This document shows positions 50,350 to 62,965 of a DNA stretch of 64,000 nt, one piece after another; within the stretch, counting starts at the first letter, position 1; each line of letters opens with the position of its first letter. The translations under genes and the position numbers were made by a program. The notes below the pieces were generated by a model. It made no database searches. It worked only from the letters and a program-made list of their open reading frames with translations, and was not told the origin of the DNA. Source of the DNA: Octopus sinensis (lineage: Eukaryota); assembly GCF_006345805.1 (NCBI RefSeq), contig NC_043024.1, positions 9,362,001 through 9,426,000 on the forward strand, in the 5' to 3' direction.

Positions 50350-52358
50350 CAACCACTCCGAGAGTGTAGTGGGTGCTGTTTATGTGCCACCGGCATGGGA
50401 ACCAGTCAGGCAGCCTTGGCATCGACAGCCTTGGCATCGACCATGTTCAGATGGTGCTTTTTACAAGCCACAGGCATGGGAGCCAGTCAGGGGCCACTGG
50501 GATCAACCATGTTTGGATGGTGATTTTTATGTACCACTGGCACAGGGAGCCAGTCAGGCAGCCTTGGCATCGACCATGTTCAGATGGTGCTTTTTATGTG
50601 CCACTGGCACGGGGAGCCAGTCAGGCAGCCTTGGCATCGACCATGTTCAGATGGTGCTTTTTATGTGCCACTGGCACGGGGAGCCAGTCAGGCAGCCTGG
50701 CATCGACCATGTTCAGATGGTGCTTTTTATGTGCCACTGGCAGGGGAGCCAGTCAGGCAGCCTTGGCATCGACCATGTTCAGATGGTGCTTTTTATGTGC
50801 CACTGGCACGGGGAGCCAGTCAGGCAGCCTTGGCATCGACCATGTTCAGATGGTGCTTTTTATGTGCCACTGGCACGGGGAGCCAGTCAGGCAGCCTGGC
50901 ATCGACCATGTTCAGATGGTGCTTTTTATGTGCCACTGGCACGGGGAGCCAGTCAGGCGGCCTTGGCATCGACCATGTTCAGATGGTGCTTTTTACAAGC
51001 CACAGGCATGGGAGCCAGTCAGGGGCCACGAGAATCAACCATGTTCAGATGGTGCTTTTTATGTGCCACTGGCACGGGGAGCCAGTCAGGCAGCCTTGGC
51101 ATCGACCATGTTCAGATGGTGCTTTTTATGTGCCACTGGCACGGGGAGCCAGTCAGGCAGCCTTGGCATCGACCATGTTCAGATGGTGCTTTTTATGTGC
51201 CACTGGCACGGGGAGCCAGTCAGGCAGCCTTGGCATCGACCATGTTCAGATGGTGCTTTTTATGTGCCACTGGCACAGGGAGCCAGTCAGGCAGCCTTGG
51301 CATCGACCATGTTCAGATGGTGCTTTTTATGTGCCACTGGCACGGGGAGCCAGTCAGGCAGCCTTGGCATCGACCATGTTCAGATGGTGCTTTTTATGTG
51401 CCACTGGCACGGGGAGCCAGTCAGGCAGCCTTGGCATCGACCATGTTCAGATGGTGCTTTTTATGTGCCACTGGCACGGGGAGCCAGTCAGGCAGCCTTG
51501 GCATCGACCATGTTCAGATGGTGCTTTTTATGTGCCACTGGCACGGGGAGCCAGTCAGGCGGCCTTGGCATCGACCATGTTCAGCTGGTGCTTTTTACAA
51601 GCCACAGGCATGGGAGCCAGTCAGGGGCCACTGGGATCAACCATGTTTGGATGGTGATTTTTATGTACCACTGGCACAGGGAGCCAGTCAGGCAGCCTTG
51701 GCATCGACCATGTTCAGATGGTGCTTTTTATGTGCCACTGGCACGGGGAGCCAGTCAGGCAGCTTGGCATCGACCATGTTCAGATGGTGCTTTTTATGTG
51801 CCATTGCACAGGGAGCCAGTCAGGCAGCCTTGGCATCGACCATGTTCAGATGGTGCTTTTTATGTGCCACTGGCACGGGGAGCCAGTCAGGCAGCCTTGG
51901 CATCGACCATGTTCAGATGGTGCTTTTTATGTGCCATTGGCACAGGGAGCCAGTCAGGCAGCCTTGGCATCGACCATGTTCAGATGGTGCTTTTTATGTG
52001 CCACTGGCACGGGGAGCCAGTCAGGCAGCCTTGGCATCGACCATGTTCAGATGGTGCTTTTTATGTGCCACTGGCACAGGGAGCCAGTCAGGCAGCCTTG
52101 GCATCGACCATGTTCAGATGGTGCTTTTTATGTTCCACTGGCACAGGGAGCCAGTCAGGCAGCCTTGGCATCGACCATGTTCAGATGGTGCTTTTTATGT
52201 GCCACTGGCACAGGGAGCCAGTCAGGCAGCCTTGGCATCGACCATGTTCAGATGGTGCTTTTTACAAGCCACAGGCATGGGAGCCAGTCGGGGGCCACTG
52301 GAATCAACCATGTTTGGATGGTCCTTTTTATGTGCCACTGGCACAGGGAGCCAGTCAG
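50350..52358. repeat. 67-bp minisatellite (~30 units) expanded inside a family C element
   Basis: Unit ggcatcgaccatgttcagatggtgctttttatgtgccactggcacggggagccagtcaggcagcctt; period 67 measured (50566 to 50633). Confidence 0.95.
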
Positions 52359-52837
52359 TATATTTTTTAACTTGGTACTTATTCCATTCATCTTTAATAC
52401 CAAACCACTAAGTTGGTGGGACCTAAAAATCCATCACTGGTTGTCAAGTGGGGATGGGGGTGAGGGACAAATACTAAGATGCACGCACACATACATATGG
52501 CAAACTTCTTTCAGTTTCCGTCTACGAAATCCACTCACAAGGCTTTGGTCAGCCTGAGGCTATAGTAGAAGACACTTGCCCAAGGTGCCACACAGTGGGA
52601 CTGAACCCAGAACCATGTGGTCCTGAAGCAATCTTGATGCACGCACACACACATACGGCAAACTTCTTTCAGTTTCCGTCTACGAAATCCACTCACAAGG
52701 CTTTGGTCAGCCTGAGGCTATAGTAGAAGACACTTGCCCAAGATGCCACACAGTGGGACTGAACCCAGAACCATGTAGTCCTGAAGCAATCTTCTTACCA
52801 CACAGCCGTGCCTTTGTCTGTATTAAAAATATTTTAT

Positions 52838-53077
52838 TGTGTCTGGGGAGAGTCATTTTTTTTTGTGCCTTATAATGTAACACACTCACTGGTAAAATTT
52901 CCACTTATTTCTTATTTTTAAAATATAAAAAAAAAGAAAAAGAAAGAAGTGGAAATTTTACCGGTGAGTGTGTTACATTATAAGGCACAAAAAGAAAATG
53001 ACTCTTCCCAGACACAACAGAATATGCTTCAACACACGAACTCATATAAAGAATCTTGCAAACCAAATCCCAAAACG

Positions 53078-53111
<34 letters not shown>

Positions 53112-53561
53112 TGTTGTCTGGGGAGAGTCATTTTCTTTTTGTGTCGTATAAAGTAACACACTCACCAATAGTCAAAACTATTGAAAAGGTTGCAAGACAC
53201 AACGAAAATTTTAGGAAAATAAAAATAAGAAATAAGTAGAAATTTTACCGGTGAGTGTGTTAAATAATAAAGCACTAAATGAGATTGACTCTCCCCAGAC
53301 ACAACAGAATATGCTTCAACACACAAACTCATATAAAGAATCTTGCAAACCAAATCCAAAAACGAAAAGAAATATTTATAATAGTCATAGGTGCAGGAGT
53401 GGCTGTGTGGTAAGTAGCTTGCTAACCAACCACATGGTTCCGGGTTCAGTCCCACTGCGTGGCATCTTGGGCAAGTGTCTTCTGCTATAGCCCCGGGCCA
53501 ACCAATGTCTTGTGAGTGGATTTGGTAGATGAAAACTGAAAAGAAGCCTGTTGTATATATG

Positions 53562-53592
<31 letters not shown>

Positions 53593-53925
53593 TTGTGTGT
53601 CTGTGTTTGTCCCCCTAGCATTGCTTGACAACCGATGCTGGTGTGTTTACATCCCCGTCACTTAGCGGTTCGGCAAAAGAGACCGATAGAATAAGTACTG
53701 GGCTTACAAAGAATAAGTCCCAGGGTCGATTTGCTCGACTAAAGGCGGTGCTCCAGCATGACCACAGTCAAATGACTGAAACAAGTAAAAGAATAAGTGG
53801 AAATTTTACCGGTGAGTGTGTTACATATAGGCACAGACAGAAAGAAAATGACTCTCCCCAGACACACTAAAATATGCTTCAACACGCAAACTCATATAAA
53901 GAATCTTGCAAACCAAATCCCAAAA
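52838..53925. repeat. Cluster of five alternating-orientation copies of a ~70-140 bp element (gtctggggagagtc…ccggtaaaatttccactt)
   Basis: + at 52838 and 53112; - at 52947, 53236 and 53795. Confidence 0.8.
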
Positions 53926-55382
53926 CAAAAAAAAAATATTTTAAATCTAAGAAATTTTTTTTTTTAAATCTGAAGAAATTTCATTTTTTTTTAAAAATTT
54001 GTTTTTTTAAATCTGAAGAAATTTTTCTTATTTAAAAAAATTTTTTTTTTTAAATCTGAAGAAATTTTTTTTATTTTAAAAAATTTGTTTTTTTATCAGA
54101 GACTGATTGGAGTCAAAAGATTTCCAACTTTAGTACTTTTATAGGAGTGTATATAAATGTATCTCATTTGTATTTGAAGTGCATTTATTATTAGAATTAT
54201 TCAATACGTGTACTAGAGCCGTTTAGTCATTTATGAGTAGTTTTCAGCCAGAGGAAGTAAGAGTCATAATATCCTTTACTTAATAGTCAGCTGTAGTGAC
54301 CAGTCACTGCTGGTCATCATCTCCTGGCTTTCAGCCCAACTCCCTCTCATTCTAAGGCGGCAAGCTGGCAGAAACATTAGCACGCCGTGCGAAATGCCTT
54401 ACGTTCTGAGTTCAAATTCCGCCGAGGTTGACTTTGCCTTTCATCCTTTCGGGGTCAATTAAATAAGTACCAGTTATGCACTAGGTTTGATGTAATTAAC
54501 TTAATCCCCTTGTCTGTCTTTGTTTGTCCCCTCTATGTTTAACCCCCTGTGGGCAGTTTCGTCTGCCACTACGTTCTGAGTTCAAATTCCGCCGAGGTTG
54601 ACTTTGCCTTTCATCCTTTCGGGGTCAATTAAATAAGTACCAGTTATGCACTAGGTTTGATGTAATTAACTTAATCCCTTTGTCTGTCTTTGTTTGTCCC
54701 CTCTATGTTTAACCCCCTGTGGGCAGTTTCGTCTGCCACTACGTTCTGAGTTCAAATTCCGCCGCAGTCGACTTAGCCTTTCAGTGGTCGATTAAATAAG
54801 TACCAGTAAATCACTGGGGTCAATATAATCGTATTAATCCCTTTGTCTGTCCTTGTTTGTCCTCTCTGTGTTTAGTCCCCTGTGGGCAATAAAGAAATAA
54901 ATTCTAGAGCCAGTAAAATGATCTTTCTATCGCCTCACCCTACATCTCATTAGCTGTCTTCTTGTCCCTTCCTGCACTCCCAGAGATCTTCCAACTGCAA
55001 CCAATCTCAACTGAAAATAGCCAGATCTGCCTACAGAATATTGTTATGAAAGGATTAAATAGAAACTGCGTGGCATCTTGGGCAAGTGTCTTCTACTATA
55101 GCCTCAGGCCGACCAAAGCCTTGTGAGTGGATTTGGTAGATGGAAACTGAAAGAAGCCCGTCGTATATATGTATATATATGTGTGTGTTTGTGTTTGTCC
55201 CCCCAGCATCGCTTGACAACCGATGCTGGTGTGTTTACGTCTCCGTAACTTAGCGGTTCGGCAAAGAGACCTATAAAATAAGTACTAAGCTTACAAAGAA
55301 TAAGTCCTGGAGTTGATTTGCTCGACTAAAGACGGTGCTCCAGCATGACCACAGTCAAAATGACTGAAACAAGTAAAAGTGT

Positions 55383-55568
55383 ATACAGGACTTACCCTTG
55401 GGGTATATATAATATACAGGACTTACCCTTGGGGTATATATGATATACAGGACTTATACCCTTGGGGTATATATGATATACAGGACTTACCCTTGGGGTA
55501 TATATGATATACAGGACTTATACCCTTGGAGTATATATGATATACAGGACTTATACCCTTGGGGTATA
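55383..55568. repeat. 31/33-bp minisatellite, ~6 units
   Basis: atacaggactta(ta)cccttggggtatatatg repeated. Confidence 0.9.
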
Positions 55569-55586
55569 CTCAGTGCAGTATTTACC

Positions 55587-56365
55587 ACTTGGGTAAATCC
55601 TATCTATGACGATTTCATCTCAATCGAAGGAGAAGGACTTTCTCCGTCCGGGTTGCGGATCCGTGGAATAAGCTGCCGGACGAGATAGTGAAGATGCCGA
55701 CGACCGCTCGGTTCAAAGTCTCTCTTGACCAGAAATGGCCTGAACTCTTTGTATGACCACCCTCCCTGTACATAACTCCCTGTCTCCCTACATGTCCTCA
55801 CAACATCATAAGCGGAAAGTGTAACCTCACAAAAGAGATGTTCTTCACTCCTGCTCCAGAGCGTTGGCTGCGGGGTCACTCTGTTAAGCTCTATCTACAA
55901 CGATTTCATCTCAGTTGAAGGAGAGGGGCTTTCTCCATCCGGGTTGCGGATCCGTGGAATAAGCTGCCGGACAAGATAATGAAGATGCCGATGACCGCTC
56001 GGTTCAAAGTCTCTCTTGACCAGAAATGGCCTGAACTCTTTGTATGACCACCCTCCCTGTACATAACTCCCTGTCCCCCTACATGGCCTTGCTTTTGCTT
56101 TTTGAGCCAAAAAATTAACTTAACTATATATATACATACATACATACATACATACATCCGGGTTGCGGATCCGTGGAATAAGCTGCCGGACAAGATAGTA
56201 AAGATGCCGACGACTGCTCGGTTCAAAGTCTCTCTTGACCACAAATGGCCTGAACTCTTTGCATGAACACCACCCTGTACATAACTCCCTGTCCCCCTAG
56301 ATGGATGGCCTTGCCTTTTGCTTTTTGAGCCAATAAAAATTGAATTGAATTGAAAAAAATTGAAT
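55587..56365 (+). mobile_element. Three adjacent 3' fragments of a CR1-type LINE
   Basis: Each encodes FS.RVADPWNKLPD.I.KMP.TARFKVSLD.KWPELF. The middle copy extends upstream to SGKCNLTKEMFFTPAPERWLRGHSVKLY; the last ends in an (ATTGA)n tail. Confidence 0.88.
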
Positions 56366-57155
56366 AAAATCCATCCCTGCCCTATTGTAGACGTCGAGAA
56401 TTTACCTGAGTTGATGATCAGGTAAGAAATAATGTCTTACGGAATTTTCTTTAGAAATTCCATCTTTAAACTTTATCATCTTGTTGTTGTTGTTGATGAC
56501 CTGATATTTGAGGAATCTTCTCTGTGACCTGGTTTTGTTCACATACAACAAGGACAACATCAACATTCCTAAAAACTTTCATCTTGTTGGGACAGGTTTT
56601 TCTTTTCTAATTAATTGCTTGTTCCATTTTTTTTTATGAAGAAGGTAATGGTGGAGGTGTGATGGTAGTGGTGGTGGTGGTGATGGTAGTGGATAATGGT
56701 GGAGGTGGTGTTGGTGGATGGAGGCATTGTCTGTGGTGGTGATCATGGTGGCAATGGTGAATAATAATGATGAAGACGGTGTTGGTGGATAATGGTGGAG
56801 GTGTGCTAGTGGTGGTGGTGGTAGTAGTAGTAGATAATGGTGGAGGTGGTGATGGTGGTGGCGATGGTGAATAATAATGATGAAGACTGTTGCTGGGTGG
56901 TGGTAGTAGTGGATAATGGTGGAGGTGTGATGGTGGTGGTGATGGTAGTGATCATCAAGACGATGGTGGTGTTGGTGGTAGTAGTGGATAATGGTGGAGG
57001 TGGTGTTGGTGGATGGAGGCATTGTCTGTGGTAGTGGTGGTGGTGGTGGTGATGGTAGTGATCATGGTGTCAATGGTGAATAATAATGAAGATGGTATTG
57101 GTGAGTGGTGGTGGTAGTAGTAGTGGATAATGGTGGAGGTGTGTTAGTGGTGGTG

Positions 57156-57190
<35 letters not shown>

Positions 57191-57450
57191 GGGTAATGGT
57201 GATGGTAGTGATCATGGTGGCGATGGTGAATAATAATAATGAAGACGGTGGTGGTGGTGATGGTGGTAGTGGATAATGGTGGAGGTGGTGTTGGCAGATG
57301 GAGGCATTGTCTGTGGTGGTGGTGGTGGTGGTGGTAGTGGATAATGGTAGTGTGGCGATGGTGGGCGTGTTGCTGGCGATAAAATTTCTGTCAAATGTCT
57401 ATTTCCGATTTCTTGTGTTTTAATCTAATTCTAAACAATTTTTAGTTTGC

Positions 57451-57572
57451 ACCCCCCCCCCCCCTTCACCCCCCTTCACCCCCCTTCACCCCCCTTCACC
57501 CCCCTTCACCCCCCCCCCCCATTCACCCCCTTCACCCCCCTTCACCCCCTCACCCCCCTTCACCCCCCCCTC
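57451..57572 (-). repeat. (GGGGGGTGAA)n tract, G-quadruplex-capable on the minus strand
   Basis: More than 10 runs of C5-13 separated by ttca on the plus strand. Confidence 0.85.
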
Positions 57573-57649
57573 CGACGTCTGTGACCAGGGATATAAGTTT
57601 TAGACACACCTGGGTATTGATTGGAATTTAGTGAAAGGTAGGGGTCAGT

Positions 57650-58483
57650 GTGGCAGCCTATACTGTCACACTACAGCCCACACTATATTCAATCCTCTGC
57701 ACTATGGCCCACCACATACAATACTTCTATACTACAGCCATACGAATAAATCACACTGCGCTACTACCCATACTATATTTGACATTGTCATACTGTAGTT
57801 CATACATCCACATGGCAGCATACACTGATATACTACAGCCTATACTGTCACACTACGGCCCACACTATATTCAATCCTGCTACACTATGGCCCACACATA
57901 TACAATACTTCTATACTACAGCCCATACGAATAAATCACACTGCGCTACTACCCATACTATATTTGACATTGTCATACTGTAGTTCATACATCCACATGG
58001 CAGCATACACTGATATACTACAGCCTATACTGTCACACTACAGCCCACACTATATTCAATCCTGCTACACTATGGCCCACACATCTACACTACTTCTATA
58101 CTACAGCCCATACGAATAAATCACACTGCGCTACTACCCATACTATATTTGACATTGTCATACTGTAGTTCATACATCCACATGGCAGCATACACTGATA
58201 TACTACAGCCTATACTGTCACACTACAGCCCACACTATATTCAATCCTGCTACACTATGGCCCACACATCTACACTACTTCTATACTACAGCCCATACGA
58301 ATAAATCACACTGCGCTACTACCCATACTATATTTGACATTGTCATACTGTAGTTCATACATCCACATGGCAGCATACACTGATATACTACAGCCTATAC
58401 TGTCACACTACAGCCCACACTATATTCAATCCTGCTACACTATGGCCCACACATCTACACTACTTCTATACTACAGCCCATAC
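57650..58483. repeat. 185-bp tandem repeat, ~4.5 near-identical copies
   Basis: catggcagca recurs at 57811, 57996, 58181 and 58366. Confidence 0.95.
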
Positions 58484-59474
58484 AGTTGTGTATTTTAGTG
58501 ATAAGTTTATGGCTGAATGGTTAAGTTTTTTGCTTTGCAATCTAGAGGTGCTGGGTTCCAATCCAGTGCAAGGCACTTTGTATGTATGTAACCAAACTTT
58601 TGGTTGATCCAAGTCTTGTGAGTGAAATTGCAGAAGTGGAAACTATGTTGAATCCCATTGGTTGTATCTGTATAAAACGGTGGAGGCAAAGGGGGGAAAG
58701 ACTGTCTTCTTTTCAGTTTAGGCATAGTACACCTAGGAGTGTATTCTTCAGTGTGTATTTCCTCTTTTTAGACATTAGAGTGTGTGATATGAAAGGCATT
58801 TGTTTCCTGTATCTAACAAGTCAAGTAAACATTGTAGAGATGGTGGTGGTGGTTGAGGTATAGGTGATGGTGGTGGTGGTGGCTATGGTATCATTAGAAC
58901 CATTGACAATCAATCCAGGTCAAGATGACCGACATTCTACTGGAATTTTGAACTAGATTAACTTGCTCCACAACTACGCTTCATGTGTGCGTGCGTATAT
59001 GCATGCATACAAACACATACATATTTATATGTATGTGTGTGTGTATATTTATAAATACACACATGCATGTATGTGTATATATATATAGAGAGAGAGAGAG
59101 AAAGAGCAATGCACACATGCATGTGTCTACTCTATTACTTGTTTCAGTCATTTGACTGTGGCCATGCTGGAGCACCGTCTGCAAGACTTATTCTTTGTAA
59201 GCCTAGTACTTATTCTATCGGTCAAAAAAGTTTGGCCACCCCTGGCCTAGACGATGTATATGTAAAAATAAATTCAAATTTGAATTACAGGCACAACCTC
59301 ATGGTTCCGGGTTCAATCCCACAGCGTGGCACCTTGGGCAAGTGTCTTCTACTATAGCCTCGGGCCAGCATGGAAAAAATAATCTTCAAAGGTAATAATT
59401 ATTAAAATTATAAATCAGGGTATCTACAAGATACCACCATGCTGAAAATAGCAGCCATGATCTGACTTCATATA

Positions 59475-59505
<31 letters not shown>

Positions 59506-59719
59506 GATGTGTGTGTGTGTGCACACATTAATTTCACAAGCAGGCTGTTTCATTGTTTGGATCAATTGGAAACTTTTCCATAACAATCAGAGCATCACTT
59601 AGGGAAACTGGGTAATAGGCCCCATGTATCCAAGTACTCAAGACAGTTACATCCAGGGGGCGTATTTTACTTAGATTTTTTTTCATGCCTTTCCCAGAGT
59701 ATTTATAAATTAACTAAGA

Positions 59720-60228
59720 GGAGCATAACCAGCCCACTTATGCGTACCTTTTCCTTCTTTGGACACTAAAACTCTGCTTGCGAAGACCTGTTGAGGCAAG
59801 TGAAATCAAATCAAAATCAAATTCGATGACTGGCACCCATGCTAGCAGGGTGCAAAGAGCACCATACGAGTGTGATCATTGACAGAGCAGCCAACTGGCT
59901 TCTGTGCCAGTGGCACCTAAAAGGCACCATTCAAGCGTGATCGTTACCAGTGTCGCCTTACTGGCAACTGTGCCGGTGGCACGTGTAAAACGATTCGAGC
60001 GAGGTTATTGCCAGTACTGCCTGACTGGCCCACGTGCTGGTGGCGCGTAAAAGCACCCACTACACTCTCAGAGTGGTTGGCATTAGGAAGGGCATTCAGC
60101 TGTAGAAACTCTGCCAGATCAAGATTGGAGCCTGGTGCAGCCATCTGGTTCGCCAGCCCTCAGTCAAAATCGTCCAACCCATGCTAGCATGGAAAGCGGA
60201 CGTTAAACGATGATGATGATGATGATGA
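59720..60228 (+). mobile_element. Family C short retroposon (internal ~65-bp subrepeats, gttggcgttaggaagggcatccag segment, (GAT)n tail); most complete copy
   Basis: Other copies: 17790-18240-, 21822-22100-, 34157-34445-, 37935-38288+, 43515-43712+, 44320-44670+, 50215-52358-. Confidence 0.85.
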
Positions 60229-60763
60229 GTGTCAGGCCTTTCTCAGGGAATAAATAACTTCAAACTCTCAAAACAAAGGTTGCCACTCCCAGTTCTTCCA
60301 AAACTGATGAGGAATGCTGACATCTGAAATTAAACCTAAAATTAACAATCCCTCTAATTAGTGTTGCATTTAAAGACTAGCTGATAGCTAATTATCTCTC
60401 ACCAAACATCACCTCCTCTACTGAGAGATAAAAGGCATACCACCACCACCTCCACCATTACCACATCCACCACCACCAGGGTGGGAACCCCCCCTCCCGC
60501 CAACATCTCAGCACTATTTGAAATTGGTCCTATCACAAATTAACACAGACATTAACTGAGGAAAGAGATACAAATTGGGGAGAATCTTCCTCCCCCTCCT
60601 TTCCTCTCTGAAAGGGGGTGGGGTGGGGTTCATGTCTTTTTTTTGGGGGGGAAGGAGAACAAGAGAAAAATGTGTGTGTATGTGTTGTATGCATGTGTGT
60701 AGATGATGCTTGTATGTGTGTACAGGTGTATTTATATACATATAGTGTGCCCTATATATACAC

Positions 60764-60798
<35 letters not shown>

Positions 60799-60836
60799 TA
60801 TGTACATGTAGATGGATTTGTTTATTATGTAGATGG

Positions 60837-60895
<59 letters not shown>

Positions 60896-60939
60896 GGGGT
60901 GTATATATATGTGGTGTGTGTGGGGGGGGTGTATATATA

Positions 60940-60972
<33 letters not shown>

Positions 60973-61135
60973 GTATGTGTGTGTATATATTGTGTGTGTA
61001 TATATGTGTGTGTGTGTATATATGTGTGTGTGTTTATATATATATATATACATACATACACATATGTACATGTAGTTGGATTTGTTTATTATGTAGATGG
61101 ATGTGTGTGTGTATATATATATGTGTGTGTGTGTC

Positions 61136-61180
<45 letters not shown>

Positions 61181-61619
61181 ATATACATACATACACACAC
61201 ACACGCATGCACAATCAAGGGTAGATATTGAAAAGCTTGTTTATGGAAATGTCTGCCAGTCTTATTGGAGGTATAAATAAAGCATTTGTAGATTTACATA
61301 AGATTTACCTTAAGAAGGAGAAAGAGAGAGAGAGACAGAGAGAGAGAGACAGAGAGAGAGAAGATTAAAAGGGCGGGGGGAGGGGTGACAGTGTTAAAAA
61401 AACGTTTAAGCCCTCCTTGTCGTCTTCTTTCTTCTTTTTCACTAATGTCTGTGTTTGCTTGCCTCCTGTAAACATTGATCAAACCTGACAACACTGCTAC
61501 CATTGTACAACCGGCTACCCCACTCCCCACTCTCTCTCTCTCTCACACACACACACACATACGCGCACAACAGCCTATTGAGGAAATAAGTCAAATCCCA
61601 TTCATATCAGACTTTGTGT

Positions 61620-62965
61620 TTCGGCTGCTATTTCTAGCAAGTCTAACTATCTCGTAATGGTCTCTCTCGTTAACAAGAGAGTAGGGTGTGATTTAAGAGA
61701 AATTGGCTGCTATTTCTAGCAAGTCTAACTAGCTTGTAGAAGTCTTCCTCGTTAACTCATATATACGTGCACAAGAGAGTAGGGTGTGATTTAAGGGAGA
61801 TTTGGCTGCTATTTCTACCAAGTCTATACGAGCATAAGAGAGTAGAGTGTGATTGAAGGGAGATTTGGCTGCTATTTCTACCAAATCTAGCTACCATGTA
61901 CAGGTCTCCCTCGTTAACTCATATATACAAGCACGAGAGAGTAGGGTGTGATTTATGGGAGATTTGGCTGCTATTTCTACCAACTTTAGCTACCCTGTAG
62001 AGGTCTCCCTCGTTAATTCATATATACATGCACAAGAGAGTAGGGCGTGATTTAAGGGAGATTTAGCTGCTATTTCTACCAAGTCTAACTATCTTGTAGA
62101 GGTCTCCCTCGTTAACTCTTGTTCCGAGTTCAAATTCCACCGAGGTCAACTTTGCCTTTCATCCTTTCGGGGTCGATAAATAAAGTACCAGTTTCACACT
62201 GGGGGCGATGTAATCGACTTAATCCCTTCGTCTGTCCTTGTTTGTCCCCTCTATGTTTAGCCCCTTGTGGGCAATAAAGAAATATATGTACGTGCACAAG
62301 AGAGTAAGGTGTGATTTAAGGGAGATTTGGCTGCTATTTCTACCAAGCCTAACTATCTTGTTGAGGTCTAGGGTGTGATTTAAGGGAGATTTGGCTGCTA
62401 TTTCTACCAATTCTAACTATCTTAGTAGAGGTCTCCCTCATTAACTCATGTATACATGCACAAGAGAGTAGGGTCTGATTTAAGGGAGATTTGGCTGCTA
62501 TTTCTACCAAGTCTAGCTACCCTGTAGAGGTCTCCCTCATTGGCTCATACATACATAAGACTAGGATGTGAATTGGGGGAGATTTGGCTGCTATTTCTAC
62601 CAAGTCTAACTATCTTGTAGAGGTCTCCCTTGTTAACTCATATATACATGCACAAGAGAGTAGGGTCTGATTTAAGGGAGATTTGGCTGCTATTTCTACC
62701 AATTCTAAGTATCTTAGTAGAGGTCTCCCTCATTAACTCATATATACATGCACAAGAGAGTAGGGTCTGATTTAAGGGAGATTTGGCTGCTATTTCTACC
62801 AATTCTAACTATCTTAGTAGAGGTCTCCCTCATTAACTCATATATACGTGCACAAGAGAGTAGGGTCTGATTTAAGGGAGATTTGGCTGCTATTTCTACC
62901 AAATCTAGCTACCCTGTAGAGGTCTCCCTCATTGGCTTATACATACATAAGACTAGGGTGTGAAT
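61620..62965. repeat. ~100-bp tandem array (~13 units) built on gatttggctgctatttctacc, interrupted by a SINE B fragment
   Basis: Motif at 62582, 62681, 62781, 62881 and earlier; SINE at 62120-62283. Confidence 0.9.

Noticed and set aside
48360-52358. CRISPR-like appearance of regular short repeats
   Set aside because: The repeats are contiguous with no unique spacers, no cas genes are present, and the context is eukaryotic.
50255-52557. 718-, 665-, 357- and 279-aa ORFs
   Set aside because: Product of a stop-free 67-bp repeat cycling through all three frames inside a retroposon; no coding signature.
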